A stretch of DNA of 32,000 nt from Pirellula staleyi DSM 6068 (GCA_000025185.1 CP001848.1:4350001-4382000), one strand, 5' to 3'. Shown: positions 17,375 to 27,150, numbered from the stretch's first letter. The notes: a model not told the origin generated them from the sequence alone. Numbers and translations: made by a program.

Positions 17375-17457
17375 GCCTGACGGCGAAGTCATAAAAACCG
17401 GCGTGGGGCGACACAATTGCAATCGCCCCAACAAGTTAGCGCCGCCTAAGTTAGTCG

Positions 17458-17498
17458 AAAAGCCCCTGGCAAACCTCTCCACCTGCCGGGGGCTTTTT
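17458..17498 (+). terminator. Intrinsic terminator downstream of the oxidoreductase gene
   Basis: AAAAGCCCC (17458-17466) pairs with GGGGCTTTT (17489-17497) and runs into TTTTT (17494-17498). It lies ~85 nt after the stop codon. Confidence 0.65.
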
Positions 17499-17792
17499 CG
17501 CGCGCTGGCGTCAATCTTTGCCGCTGCTGCTTCGCCGATTCTTCACCGGCGACTACCGACCAGCACCAGACGATGCACCCCTTTTTGAAGGATTCGTTAG
17601 CGGAAGCCGAAGTCCCCTACCGGTCTGGCAACCCTTCCTGCTAGGATCATCTACTGAACTGTTGTTTTTCCGCTCGAACTGCGCCCTGCAGAGTGCTCGT
17701 CAGGACGCCACTTGAGCCGACAAACCACGGCAGGTCGGCTCGACCTGCTCCACCGAATCCCGCCGATTCTCAGCCGAAGTAGCAGTAGATCC

Positions 17793-19622
17793 ATGCGTCG
17801 TACCGACATCCGTAACATTGTCATCATCGCCCACGTCGATCACGGAAAAACCTCGCTAGTGGACTGTCTGCTCCGTCAAAGCGGTCAGTTTCGCGATAGT
17901 CAGCTGCAAGGGGACTGCATCCTCGACAGCAACGACCTCGAGCGCGAGCGCGGCATTACGATTCTCGCCAAGAACATCGCGCTCCCTTATCGCGACGTGA
18001 AGATCAACATCATCGATACCCCCGGACACGCCGACTTCGGTGGCGAAGTCGAGCGCGTGGTTCGCATGGCCGACGGTGCCGTCGTGCTGATCGACGCCGC
18101 AGAAGGGCCGATGCCTCAAACACGCTTCGTCCTCTCCAAGGCGCTCGAAGTCGGCATTAAGCCGATCGTGGTGATCAACAAGATCGACCGCCCCGACGCT
18201 CGTCCCCACGAAGTGCTCGACGAAGCTTTCGCGCTGCTGATGGAACTCGGTGCCGACGAACACCTCGAAGATTTCAAGTATCTGTTTGCCAGCGGCCGCC
18301 AAGGCTATGCCACCACCGATCCGGAAGTGCGCGGCGAATCGATGCAGCCGCTGCTCGATATGGTGCTCGATGTTATTCCTGGTCCGGAAGTGAACCTCGA
18401 AGATCCGCTGCAGATGCTCGTCACTACGCTCGACTGGTCGGAATACGTCGGACGTATCGCCATCGGACGAATCAAAGCGGGCAATATCAAAGTCGGGCAA
18501 ACGATCGCTTGCATCAAAGCGGGCAAAGTGACCGAATCGAAAGTCACCAAGCTCTACACGTTCGACAAACTCGGCCGGGTCGAGACCACCGAAGTGACCG
18601 CTGGTGATGTGTGCGCTGTGGTCGGCATCGAAGATGTCGAAATCGGCGACACGATTTGCCACCGCGAACATCATCGCCCACTGCCACGCCTGGTGGTCGA
18701 CGAACCGACCCTCGAGATGGTTTTCACCATCAACAGCAGCCCGTTTGCTGGCAAGGAAGGGAAGTACGTCACTAACCGCCAGCTTCGCGAACGTTTGTTC
18801 AAAGAGCTCGAGCGGAACGTGGCCCTCCGCGTTCGTCAGGTCGAAAATAGCGATGCTTTTGCAGTTTCGGGACGTGGCGTGCTGCACCTTTCGGTTCTCA
18901 TCGAAAACATGCGCCGCGAGAGTTTTGAGCTGTCGGTCAGCAAGCCTCAAGTGATTTTGCGCGATGGTCCTAACGGCAAAGAAGAGCCGTTTGAATCGCT
19001 CGTTGTCGAAGTTCCTTCGGTGAAGCTCGGCCCGGTGATGGAACTGGTCGGTGCACGTCGTGGTGAAATTGAAGAGATGCATGTGCGCGGCGATTTCACC
19101 CACGCCAAGTTTTTGATTCCTGCTCGCGGACTGATCGGATTGCGTACGCGACTGCTCAACGCCACGCAAGGCGAAGCGATCGTGCATCACCGATTTGCTG
19201 GCTATCGGCCGATGATTGGCGAGATTCCCGGCCGCGCGAATGGCGTTTACATCTCGATGATGTCGGGCAAAGCGAACGCCTACAGCCTCAACACACTGCA
19301 AGAGCGTGCCGACCTGTTCATCACGCACAACGACGAAGTGTACGAAGGGCAGATCATCGGTGAGAACAGCCGCGAGAACGACAACGCGGTGAATCCGACG
19401 AAGGAAAAGAAGCTCACGAACATGCGGGCGAGTGGTTCGGATGAAAACATCCTGCTCAAGCCACCACGCAAGATGGACCTCGAAGCGGCCCTCGAGTACA
19501 TCGAAGACGACGAGCTGGTCGAGATCACTCCGACGCAGATTCGTCTCCGGAAGATGTACCTCAAGGAAACCGATCGCCGTCGCGAAGGTCGTCGCGCGGC
19601 CGATGTCGCTGCTTCGTCGTAA
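17793..19622 (+). CDS. typA: Translational GTPase TypA/BipA
   Basis: The ATG at 17793 gives [24 protein letters not shown] (G1). [14 protein letters not shown] (G3) and NKIDR (G4) are present, as is the BipA-specific C-terminal domain. The product is 609 aa. Confidence 0.95.
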   Translation: MRRTDIRNIVIIAHVDHGKTSLVDCLLRQSGQFRDSQLQGDCILDSNDLERERGITILAKNIALPYRDVKINIIDTPGHADFGGEVERVVRMADGAVVLIDAAEGPMPQTRFVLSKALEVGIKPIVVINKIDRPDARPHEVLDEAFALLMELGADEHLEDFKYLFASGRQGYATTDPEVRGESMQPLLDMVLDVIPGPEVNLEDPLQMLVTTLDWSEYVGRIAIGRIKAGNIKVGQTIACIKAGKVTESKVTKLYTFDKLGRVETTEVTAGDVCAVVGIEDVEIGDTICHREHHRPLPRLVVDEPTLEMVFTINSSPFAGKEGKYVTNRQLRERLFKELERNVALRVRQVENSDAFAVSGRGVLHLSVLIENMRRESFELSVSKPQVILRDGPNGKEEPFESLVVEVPSVKLGPVMELVGARRGEIEEMHVRGDFTHAKFLIPARGLIGLRTRLLNATQGEAIVHHRFAGYRPMIGEIPGRANGVYISMMSGKANAYSLNTLQERADLFITHNDEVYEGQIIGENSRENDNAVNPTKEKKLTNMRASGSDENILLKPPRKMDLEAALEYIEDDELVEITPTQIRLRKMYLKETDRRREGRRAADVAASS

Positions 19623-19649
19623 GCGAGCGCCGCGCGAAACCTCTGATGG

Positions 19650-20282
19650 CTAACTCGCTGGCGTTTCTCGCTTCTGAAACACCAGCGTGACGAGCATCCC
19701 GCCGAACAGGCCAAACAGCGTGCCGAGGATGGCGTGCGCGCTGGAGCGCGTGCCGGGAGAATTCGAAAGAATTTGCGTCCCTGGGGTCCACTGCGGCGCG
19801 CTCCCGTCGGTCCATTTCACCAGGTAGTTACTCCCCTCGATCTCTGCGATCGTGCCGGAGTAGTAGCTGCCGTTCCGCCAGCGGGCCATCACCGTTGCCC
19901 CGACATAGCGCGAGCCGATCACGTTTTGCTCGATCAGTTCGACGAGGCTCGACGTAATCATTTTGGAAACGGGGCGGAGATTCGAAGTGCCGCTGGGGAC
20001 CATGATCACGCCCGGCGATTGAACCATCTGCTCGAACGACGAAACCGCCTCGTATTCGGTGAAGAGATAGGTCCACCCAAAGATCGCAGCGCCGAGCCAA
20101 AACAGCTTGTCGTTCCCGAGGGTCGCAATCGCCCCGGCAGTCGCTAGACAGACAACGCTGATATAGACCGTCAGCGCCACGCTTCCGGCGATTTCGGATT
20201 TCGAGACCATGAGGGCCAGCAGCACCGACAGCAGTGTGAGGGCTGAGAGTCCTCCCGACATCGAGAATCGAAGGCCACGCAT
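19650..20282 (-). CDS. Membrane protein with an inserted Tudor/SH3-like domain
   Basis: ATG at 20282. There are three N-terminal TMs and one C-terminal TM. The loop contains VGATVMARWRNGSYYSGTIAEIEGSNYLVKWTDGSAPQWT, which follows the Tudor pattern (A.W..G.YY.G.I..I....Y.V.W.DG). Confidence 0.65.
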   Translation of the reverse strand: MRGLRFSMSGGLSALTLLSVLLALMVSKSEIAGSVALTVYISVVCLATAGAIATLGNDKLFWLGAAIFGWTYLFTEYEAVSSFEQMVQSPGVIMVPSGTSNLRPVSKMITSSLVELIEQNVIGSRYVGATVMARWRNGSYYSGTIAEIEGSNYLVKWTDGSAPQWTPGTQILSNSPGTRSSAHAILGTLFGLFGGMLVTLVFQKRETPAS

Positions 20283-20785
20283 AGTGCTAACGTCCTGTCT
20301 CAACGATGTGTCTGTCGCTGCTCGAAATCACGTCACCTAGGCGAGGCTCATCTTGTTGCCCCAAGTGGCTAGCGATTCGTGGCAGGCGGGAGCCTGCTCT
20401 ACGAGTCTGTCGTTCAAGGCTCAAAACCAGGCAATTCGCTTCAGGGTGTCGAGCTACGGCATTGTAGGGCTCTGGGGACTCTCTTCGCGAGCCTTCTCAG
20501 GGGGTGGAAATCTGTAACTTCCACGTAAAGATGCCCCATAGAACGCCGAGCGCCTACGAGCCAAAATGGTGGGGATGTCCCGATTGCTACGCCTCACCAC
20601 CGGCCCGGGGATCGCGCGAGCGGAAACTTACCAATTCACTCTGATTCTCGAGGCACACGCAAGCCGAAGCTGACCAACACCCTGCCGCTTCGAAACTTGC
20701 TCGTTGCTCCCCTTGGCTATGCTTTTGGGGGCCGCGTCGCCGACTTACTCGATTTTCCCGAATTTGCGGGGGAGAGATTGTTTCT

Positions 20786-21610
20786 GTGGCATCCATCATC
20801 GACGACGTGCAGCTTCCAGCCGACCAATCCAACTTTCCAACGACGGCGCTCGATCTGCGTGAATCGCTCCGTCCGATTCGAGCGAAGCTCGTCGGGCATC
20901 GACTCTACTCCAAGATTCGCACGATCGACGATTTGCGACTCTTCCTCGAGCATCATGTGTTCGCGGTGTGGGATTTCATGTCGCTGCTGAAGTGGCTGCA
21001 GCGCTCCTACACCTGTGTCGAAACGCCTTGGCTGCCGAGTCGCGATCCACTCACGCGCCGCCTGATTAACGAGATTGTGCTGGCCGAAGAGTCGGACGAC
21101 GATGGGGAAGGGGGCTACACGAGCCATTTTGAGATGTACCTTGCGGCGATGAACGCTTGCCATGCCAGTGCTGCGCCGATTAGCGCGCTGGTGCAATATT
21201 TGGCCGAGGGAGCTTCGATCGAAAGCGCCCTCGAGCGCTGCGGTGGCCCAGCAGCGGCGACTACGTTTGTACGCTCGACCATGCAGCTGATCCACGAGGG
21301 GAATCGCTCGAAAATCACAGCCGCCTTTGCCCTGGGGCGCGAGGATGTGATTCCCGACATGTTTCGGATGATTGTGGCCGATCTCGAGCAGCAGTTTCCG
21401 GGTGAACTCGCGACGCTGCGGCTCTATCTCGAGCGGCACATTTCGCTCGACGAAGAGACCCACACGCCACTCGCTCTGCGGATGCTGACGCAAGTGGCTA
21501 GCGAAGATGAAAACGGCTGGCGCGACGCGCACGAGGCAGCTCAGCAATGCCTGCTTGAGCGGCTCCGTTTGTGGGACGCCATTGCCGACGCGCTCGATGC
21601 TCGTGTGTAG
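20786..21610 (+). CDS. DUF3050 family protein (heme-oxygenase-like fold)
   Basis: GTG start; 274 aa. Strong DUF3050 signature: LFLEHHVFAVWDFMSLLKWLQ, INEIVLAEESD, SHFEMYLAAM, AAFALGREDVIPDMF, LYLERHISLDEETH. Confidence 0.85.
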   Translation: MASIIDDVQLPADQSNFPTTALDLRESLRPIRAKLVGHRLYSKIRTIDDLRLFLEHHVFAVWDFMSLLKWLQRSYTCVETPWLPSRDPLTRRLINEIVLAEESDDDGEGGYTSHFEMYLAAMNACHASAAPISALVQYLAEGASIESALERCGGPAAATTFVRSTMQLIHEGNRSKITAAFALGREDVIPDMFRMIVADLEQQFPGELATLRLYLERHISLDEETHTPLALRMLTQVASEDENGWRDAHEAAQQCLLERLRLWDAIADALDARV

Positions 21611-21714
21611 TTCGCCGCGCATTGGTCGCGCTATGCCTCTGCATTCAGACGCCTCAAAAACTTGCGATTTCCTAGCTCCGCTCGACCACTCCCGCAAAAG
21701 GTTCTCTCCACCGT

Positions 21715-22773
21715 ATGCCCGAGTCGCCACTCCCTCATGCCACGATTGATCCGACCTCAATTTTCGAGCACTTTCGTGGCAATCATGGGACCGAACTGCT
21801 GACGGCAGCAGCGGCCCATTTTCGGCTGTTCGATAAGCTGGCGGCTGGTCCCCTCGCGTGGCATGAACTTCGGAGTCAACTGGCCCTGGCCGAGCGCCCC
21901 TTGGTGGTGCTGATCACGGCGCTGCGTGCGATGCGGCTGATCGAGCGCGCGAGCGACAAGTATCGGCTCACGCCGCTGGCGCGCGAGCACCTGGTTTCGA
22001 CTTCGCCACTGTCGGTCGCCGACTACATCGGTCTCGCCGCCGAGTCTCCCGGTGTGCTGGCGATGGTCGAGCGATTACGCACCGATCTTCCGGCCGGAGC
22101 CAAGTCCGACACCGACGAGGGAGCGGGAACTGCGTTCATTTATCGCGAGGGGACCGACTCGGCGATGGAGCAGGAGGCTTCCGCGCGGCATCTCACGCTC
22201 GCGCTGGCCGGACGAGCAAAAAATGTGGCACCGGTTTTGGCCGATGTCCTTCCGCTCGCAGGGGATGAAACGCTGCTCGATCTCGGTGGCGGCACCGGGA
22301 TCTACAGCATCGCGCTCTTGCGAAAATATCCGCAGCTGCGCGCGATCGTGCTCGATCGGCCCGAGGTGCTGAAAGTCTCGCATGAATTTGCCGAGCAGTA
22401 TGGGGTCGCCGATCGTTTAGAGCTCTTGGCGGGAGATATGTTCAGCGCCGCGCTGCCCGCAGGAGTCGACCGCGTGCTCCTTTCCAACATCTTGCACGAC
22501 TGGGATGTTCCTGAGTGCATCGAGCTGCTGAAGCGTTCTGCAGCGGCTCTTTCGGTGCGTGGCGAAGTGCTGATTCACGATGTGTTTCTGAGCGACGAAC
22601 TCGATGGACCACTCCCGATCGCGCTCTATTCGGCGGCTCTCTTTACGCTCACCGAAGGGCGAGCCTATAGCGCTGCGGAGTATCGCGCGATGCTCGGCGC
22701 AGCTGGGCTCACAGCGGGACAGGTAATCCCCACGCTGATTCACTGCGGTGTGCTTGTCGCGCGACGCGCGTAA
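21715..22773 (+). CDS. Class I SAM-dependent O-methyltransferase (family 2, with N-terminal dimerisation/winged-helix domain)
   Basis: 352 aa. SAM motif I is LLDLGGGTGIYSIALLRKYPQLRAIVLDRP, followed by GDMF and the LSNILHDW motif typical of COMT-like O-methyltransferases. Confidence 0.85.
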   Translation: MPESPLPHATIDPTSIFEHFRGNHGTELLTAAAAHFRLFDKLAAGPLAWHELRSQLALAERPLVVLITALRAMRLIERASDKYRLTPLAREHLVSTSPLSVADYIGLAAESPGVLAMVERLRTDLPAGAKSDTDEGAGTAFIYREGTDSAMEQEASARHLTLALAGRAKNVAPVLADVLPLAGDETLLDLGGGTGIYSIALLRKYPQLRAIVLDRPEVLKVSHEFAEQYGVADRLELLAGDMFSAALPAGVDRVLLSNILHDWDVPECIELLKRSAAALSVRGEVLIHDVFLSDELDGPLPIALYSAALFTLTEGRAYSAAEYRAMLGAAGLTAGQVIPTLIHCGVLVARRA

Positions 22774-23013
22774 TGACGTCTGCGTCGTGTGCAGCTCCGA
22801 TTAAGGCCAGTTTGTAGCGATTTTGACACCTTTGAGCCCTGGCGAGCGCTGCATCGCGCCACTTCTTCGGAAAATGCATCGTCTGCCTATCAAGCCGAAC
22901 GTTGCGGTCGTAGCACAGCCGCCAGCCGTAGTAGATCGATCGATTCCGAGCGGTCGATAAGTAAGAAAGTGCGTCACCTCGCACAGGCGGAACCACGAGG
23001 TGCGGAATTGATT

Positions 23014-24495
23014 ATGTCTTGTCACATCGCGAAGTATTTGCTGGCGGCCAAGGCCGTTTGCGATCGCGGTGCGCGACGAGCGATCCATTTCAGCCTGCTT
23101 TGGTTCGGCGCACTCGGCTGGCTCCTCGGCGCTTCGAGCGCTACTGCCCAGCCCGGCTTTCTGCCGATCGATAATCTCCGCCACGCGCAGCCGGCTTATC
23201 GCGGGGGCTCTTCAGCCACCGTAGCCCGCCCTATCTCGGGTGGAGCGCCGCAAACACCGCACCCAGCAATCGTGCGTGTCGTCGTCGCCGAGAAAGAGGG
23301 AATCTCGCTCGGCAGCGGCACGCTGATTGATGTTCGTGGCGAGTGGGGGCTGGTGATCAGCAACTGGCATGTCGTGCGCGATGCGGCTGGTCCGATTCAA
23401 ATTCAATTCGCCAATGGCTACGTCGCACCCGCAACCGTGGTGAAGACCGATAGCGACTGGGATCTCGCTGCCCTTTCGGTCCATAAGCCGAGCGCTGCTC
23501 CGATTCCGCTGGCAGGGGCCGCGCCTCAGCCGGGCGAACCGCTGTCGATCGCCGGTTACGGATCGGGTAGCTACCGAGTGGCGAGTGGCCGCGTCACGCA
23601 GTACCTCGCGCCGGGTGTGAAGTTTCCGTATGAGATTGTGGAAGTCTCGGCCGAAGCTCGCCAAGGAGATTCGGGGGGACCGATCCTCAACGCGCGCGGC
23701 GAACTGGCCGGGGTGCTGTTCGGGTCGGCGGGCGGTTTGACGTCGGGAAGCTATGTCGGCAGGGTGCGCGAGTTTTTGGTCGGCGTCTTGCCAGCTGGTA
23801 ACGCGTTGCCAGGTGCAGCCGCTCCGATGGTCGCTTCTCCAGCGCCCCGTTTTCCGGTCCCTAGTACACCGCAAATGCCTGGGAATTTGCCCCCTTTTGC
23901 GACCGAGCTGGCCCAGGCCAATCCCGCGAGCTCTGGCTGGAAACCGGCCACTTCGTCGCGCGAATCACTGGAGTCGAGCGCCGCCGATCAGCCTCGCGAG
24001 CCGAGCAGCGCCGGGGATCGCGCGCGGATTGTCGATCAGCCTCTCACGCAGGTCGGCGACCATGTCGGCAACGAAAACGCGCCGCTGATGGATGCTCCAC
24101 CACCATCGGCACCCGAACGGGCGATCGATCTTTCTCCAGCGACACGTCCGGTTCTCGAGGCGACACCAGCCGACCGTTTGGCGGTGGTCGACGAGCCGCG
24201 CGCAGTGGCGCTACAGTCGCTCGAAGATGAAGAAGAACAGCCGACATCGCGTGGCCTGGGGATCATTCACTCCCCGCTTCCACCGCGTAGTTCGCAAATG
24301 ACAACCGCCGGGGGAATCTCTCCCGATGCGCCAGCCGAACAACTCTTGGCCGCTGCTTGGAGACAGATTGCGGGGAGCACGTTCTACGATCAGGCCAAAA
24401 CCGTGTTTGCCGTGGTCGGCATCCTGCTATTGCTGGGACACTTCTACCGGATGAACGCGCAGCCCGAAGAGGAAGTCCATCCCGAAGAAGAGTAG
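23014..24495 (+). CDS. Trypsin-like (S1/S1C-type) serine protease with long Pro-rich region and C-terminal TM
   Basis: The ATG at 23014 gives an N-terminal hydrophobic segment (FSLLWFGALGWLLGASSATAQ). Catalytic-triad context is present: ISNWHVV (His), DWDLAAL (Asp) and QGDSGGPIL (Ser). A ~190-aa disordered Pro/Ala/Ser segment follows, then the TM segment VFAVVGILLLLGHFY. Confidence 0.8.
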   Translation: MSCHIAKYLLAAKAVCDRGARRAIHFSLLWFGALGWLLGASSATAQPGFLPIDNLRHAQPAYRGGSSATVARPISGGAPQTPHPAIVRVVVAEKEGISLGSGTLIDVRGEWGLVISNWHVVRDAAGPIQIQFANGYVAPATVVKTDSDWDLAALSVHKPSAAPIPLAGAAPQPGEPLSIAGYGSGSYRVASGRVTQYLAPGVKFPYEIVEVSAEARQGDSGGPILNARGELAGVLFGSAGGLTSGSYVGRVREFLVGVLPAGNALPGAAAPMVASPAPRFPVPSTPQMPGNLPPFATELAQANPASSGWKPATSSRESLESSAADQPREPSSAGDRARIVDQPLTQVGDHVGNENAPLMDAPPPSAPERAIDLSPATRPVLEATPADRLAVVDEPRAVALQSLEDEEEQPTSRGLGIIHSPLPPRSSQMTTAGGISPDAPAEQLLAAAWRQIAGSTFYDQAKTVFAVVGILLLLGHFYRMNAQPEEEVHPEEE

Positions 24496-24549
24496 TCGCA
24501 AGAATCGCTTAATGCCTGGCACTGAGCGACCAACACAACGCGCCTGGCA

Positions 24550-26076
24550 CTACGCAATAGCCCGCACGAGTACGAGTTTATCGTCTCCCGGCAAGTAGAA
24601 ATCTTTCAGCACCGCTTCGAGCTGATAGCCGCAGCGCTCGTAGAACTTTTGCGTCGGAAGGTACTCTGCTTTCCCCGACGTTTCGATGTAGATGCGACGC
24701 CCACCAGCACGGCGCACTTCTTCCTCGGCACGCGCGAGAAGCTTTCGCCCCACCCCCATTTTTTGTAGCGCCGGATCGACCGCAATCCAGTAGAGATCGT
24801 AGCTTCCTTCGGTCACGGAAATCGGACCGTAACAGGCGTAGCCCACCACCGCGCCATCGATTTCAGCGAAGAGAAATTCGTAGCCCGAAGCGGCTCCTTT
24901 CGCGAGTCGCTCCTCGACTAGCTCGACCGCGACTCCAATTTCCGCTTCGCGAAAGAATCCGGTCGCGCGCACAATCCGCTCGACGTTTTTTAGATCGCTG
25001 TGAGTCACCTCGGTACGAATCAGCATCGCGGATGCTGACGTTTCGCTCGCTACGACTTGGCTGGGTGCAACAACAGCCGCGCGCTCGGAGCGCCGCAGCG
25101 GAGCGAGCACGATCTGCTGAATCGCTTCCTCGAGCGAGCGGCCCGACTGCGCAGCAGCGGCAGCAAAACCGGCATCGGGGGAAAGGCACGGATTGGTGTT
25201 CACCTCGAGCAGCAGCGGCTGAGCCTGTTGATCGACCCGAAAGTCGATCCGCGCATAGCCCGACAGCTGCAGCGACTTCCAAGCCTCGCGGCTGAGCTTT
25301 TCCAGCAGCGCGAGGAGCGGGCCATCGGACGCCGGAAAATCGAACGTGCGCGGCGTTCCTGTAAACTCGGCCGAATCAGCGCTCCACTTGGCGTCGTACC
25401 CCACAATGCGCGGTTTTCCGGCGGGAAAATCGACAAACAGGATCTCCGCGATTGGCAGCACCTCGACACCTTGCTCGGTCGCCAAGAGCGAGACGTTGAA
25501 CTCGCGCCCGTCGATAAACTGCTCGGCGAAGCAGGGGGTCCCCAAACGGGCTGCCTGCGCGCGAATCGCTGCTGCCACATCGGCCGCCGGACCTAAGACC
25601 ACGCAGCTGTCGTCGAGGCCCAGCGACGCGTGCTGGCCAATCGCCTTCACGATCCACGGGGGACGAAGTTCAGCGCTCGCGTTCCCCGCGTCATCCAGGG
25701 TGCACCACGCCGCTGTCGGCAACTGTTTCTCGCGCAGCAATTGCTTGGTCGCGATTTTGTCGTTGCTCAGCTGCAGCGCTCTGGCTGAAGAGCCGGTGAT
25801 CGGCACGCCGCGCGCTTCCACTAGACGAACAAACAGCTCGGCCAGCTGATCGCTGCCGGCGAGGGACTCGACGAGATTAAACACCACATCGAATCGGCCG
25901 CTAGTGAGCAGTTGATCGACTCGGGTGAAGTCGAGCGACGTTTCGCACACCTCCACTGGCCAGCCAGCGGCACGGCAGGCCTGCTCGACGACAGCCACTT
26001 GCTCGAGAACGTCGCGGTCGGAAACGAGCGCATCGCTTCCGACATGCTGATGCACAATCAAAACGCGCGGAATCAT
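24550..26076 (-). CDS. Fusion protein: D-Ala-D-Ala-ligase-like ATP-grasp domain + C-terminal GNAT N-acetyltransferase
   Basis: The ATG at 26076 overlaps the upstream stop (ATGA, 26073-26076). The ATP-grasp region includes WIVKAIGQHASLGL, EQFIDGREFNVSLL and ARIDFRVD...LLLEVNTNPCL. The GNAT domain spans the last ~158 aa (24553-25026) and carries acetyl-CoA motif A, IAVDPALQKMGVGRKLL. Confidence 0.85.
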   Translation of the reverse strand: MIPRVLIVHQHVGSDALVSDRDVLEQVAVVEQACRAAGWPVEVCETSLDFTRVDQLLTSGRFDVVFNLVESLAGSDQLAELFVRLVEARGVPITGSSARALQLSNDKIATKQLLREKQLPTAAWCTLDDAGNASAELRPPWIVKAIGQHASLGLDDSCVVLGPAADVAAAIRAQAARLGTPCFAEQFIDGREFNVSLLATEQGVEVLPIAEILFVDFPAGKPRIVGYDAKWSADSAEFTGTPRTFDFPASDGPLLALLEKLSREAWKSLQLSGYARIDFRVDQQAQPLLLEVNTNPCLSPDAGFAAAAAQSGRSLEEAIQQIVLAPLRRSERAAVVAPSQVVASETSASAMLIRTEVTHSDLKNVERIVRATGFFREAEIGVAVELVEERLAKGAASGYEFLFAEIDGAVVGYACYGPISVTEGSYDLYWIAVDPALQKMGVGRKLLARAEEEVRRAGGRRIYIETSGKAEYLPTQKFYERCGYQLEAVLKDFYLPGDDKLVLVRAIA

Positions 26077-27101
26077 AGCTGTTTGCGCGGAAGACGTCGC
26101 GCCTTGCTCTGCCGTGAAGCTGCCACGCGCGGAGTCGCGCAAGCGATGATCGCCCCGATCAGCTCGGTGTAGGTCATGCCGATTTTGGTCGCGAGCATTG
26201 GCAAATCCGAATGTTCGGGGTGCAAACCGGCCAGCGGGTTCACTTCCAAAAGGTACGGTTTTCCCAAGCTATCGCAGCGAATATCAACCCGCCCTGCATC
26301 GCGACAGCCGAGCGTTTTCCAGGTCGCCAGCGACAGAGCTTCCACTTCCTTAACGAGCGGATCATCGGCAGGTCGAATCAGATCGTAGATGATCAGCTCT
26401 TCGCAGTTCTCTTTGTTGCGATAGGTGTACCCCACCTGATCGGAATCGCTGCGGAGTTTGATTTCGAGCGAACCGAGCACACGTGTGCTGACTCCTTCTC
26501 CGAGCAAACCGGTGGTGAACTCTCGGCCGTCGAGGTAGGTCTCGACCAACACGCTTTGCTGATGCTCGCGGAGCAGATGCTCGCAGATCGCGCGTAGCGC
26601 TTCAGGCGATGTGACTTTCGAGAGGCTGGTGACCCCTTTGCTCGTCCCTTCGGCAATCGGCTTGGCGAACAGCGGATAGGGGAGGGTAAGTCCCTCGAGA
26701 TCTTCGAGCTTACTGATCACCGCAAACGGCGCTGTCGGAAGTCCCGCCGCCGCGAGGACTTGTTTGGTCAGCCCTTTGTGGAGCGTGAGGCTCATCACCA
26801 GCGGATCGGAAAAGGTGTAGGGGATGCCGTACACATCGAGGATCGCTGGCACTTGCGCCTCGCGCCCCATCCCTTCGATCCCCTCGGCAATATTGAGAAC
26901 GAGATCCCAGTCGTCTCCTGCGGTGAGTCGCGCCATGAGCGCTCGCGCACTCCCGATCCGATCGCTGGTGTGACCAAGCTCGGCGAGCGCTTGCTCGAGA
27001 TGAACGATCGTGTCGTCGCGGTCGAATTCAGCCGCATCGTCGAGCGACATGCCGAGCGCGACATATTCCGAGCGTAGGTCGTAGGTAATTCCAATCCGCA
27101 T
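26073..27101 (-). CDS. D-alanine--D-alanine ligase family ATP-grasp protein (non-canonical Ddl paralogue)
   Basis: 342 aa. Motifs: GREAQVPAILDVYGIPYTFSDPLVMSLTLHKGLTKQVL, LFAKPIAEGTSKGV, VETYLDGREFTTGLL, GRVDIRCDSLGKPYLLEVNPLAGL. It lacks the canonical Ddl N-terminus (GGxSxEHEVS). Confidence 0.85.
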   Translation of the reverse strand: MRIGITYDLRSEYVALGMSLDDAAEFDRDDTIVHLEQALAELGHTSDRIGSARALMARLTAGDDWDLVLNIAEGIEGMGREAQVPAILDVYGIPYTFSDPLVMSLTLHKGLTKQVLAAAGLPTAPFAVISKLEDLEGLTLPYPLFAKPIAEGTSKGVTSLSKVTSPEALRAICEHLLREHQQSVLVETYLDGREFTTGLLGEGVSTRVLGSLEIKLRSDSDQVGYTYRNKENCEELIIYDLIRPADDPLVKEVEALSLATWKTLGCRDAGRVDIRCDSLGKPYLLEVNPLAGLHPEHSDLPMLATKIGMTYTELIGAIIACATPRVAASRQSKARRLPRKQL

Positions 27102-27150
27102 GGTCGGGCGATCTACTGCTTACAAGCGAGAGTCAGGAAGTCTAGCGTTT

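Noticed and set aside
17714-17741. 8-bp hairpin GAGCCGAC-12 nt-GTCGGCTC in the typA leader
   Set aside because: It has no T-tract or known leader motif, and stems of this length are expected by chance several times in the window.
20304-20785. 482-bp gap containing an 81-aa minus-strand ORF (20587-20832); also scanned for tRNA, RNase P and tmRNA hallmarks
   Set aside because: The ORF overlaps the DUF3050 start and has a low-complexity, motif-free translation. No T-loop (GGTTCGAATCC-like), GAAAGTCC or other RNA-gene hallmarks were seen. It is treated as a promoter/leader region.
24514-24551. 10-mer direct repeat GCCTGGCACT (24514-24523 and 24542-24551) containing TGGCAC, reminiscent of a sigma-54 -24 box
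   Set aside because: No TTGC(A/T) -12 element sits at the required spacing. The site lies between convergent gene ends. About one local 10-mer repeat of this kind is expected by chance in a window this size.
21715-27101. Possible mycosporine-like amino acid cluster (O-methyltransferase + ATP-grasp + D-Ala-D-Ala-ligase-like)
   Set aside because: No dehydroquinate-synthase-like/EVS gene is present. The O-methyltransferase is COMT-type (family 2), not the caffeoyl-CoA-type MysB. It is on the opposite strand, separated from the ATP-grasp genes by a protease.
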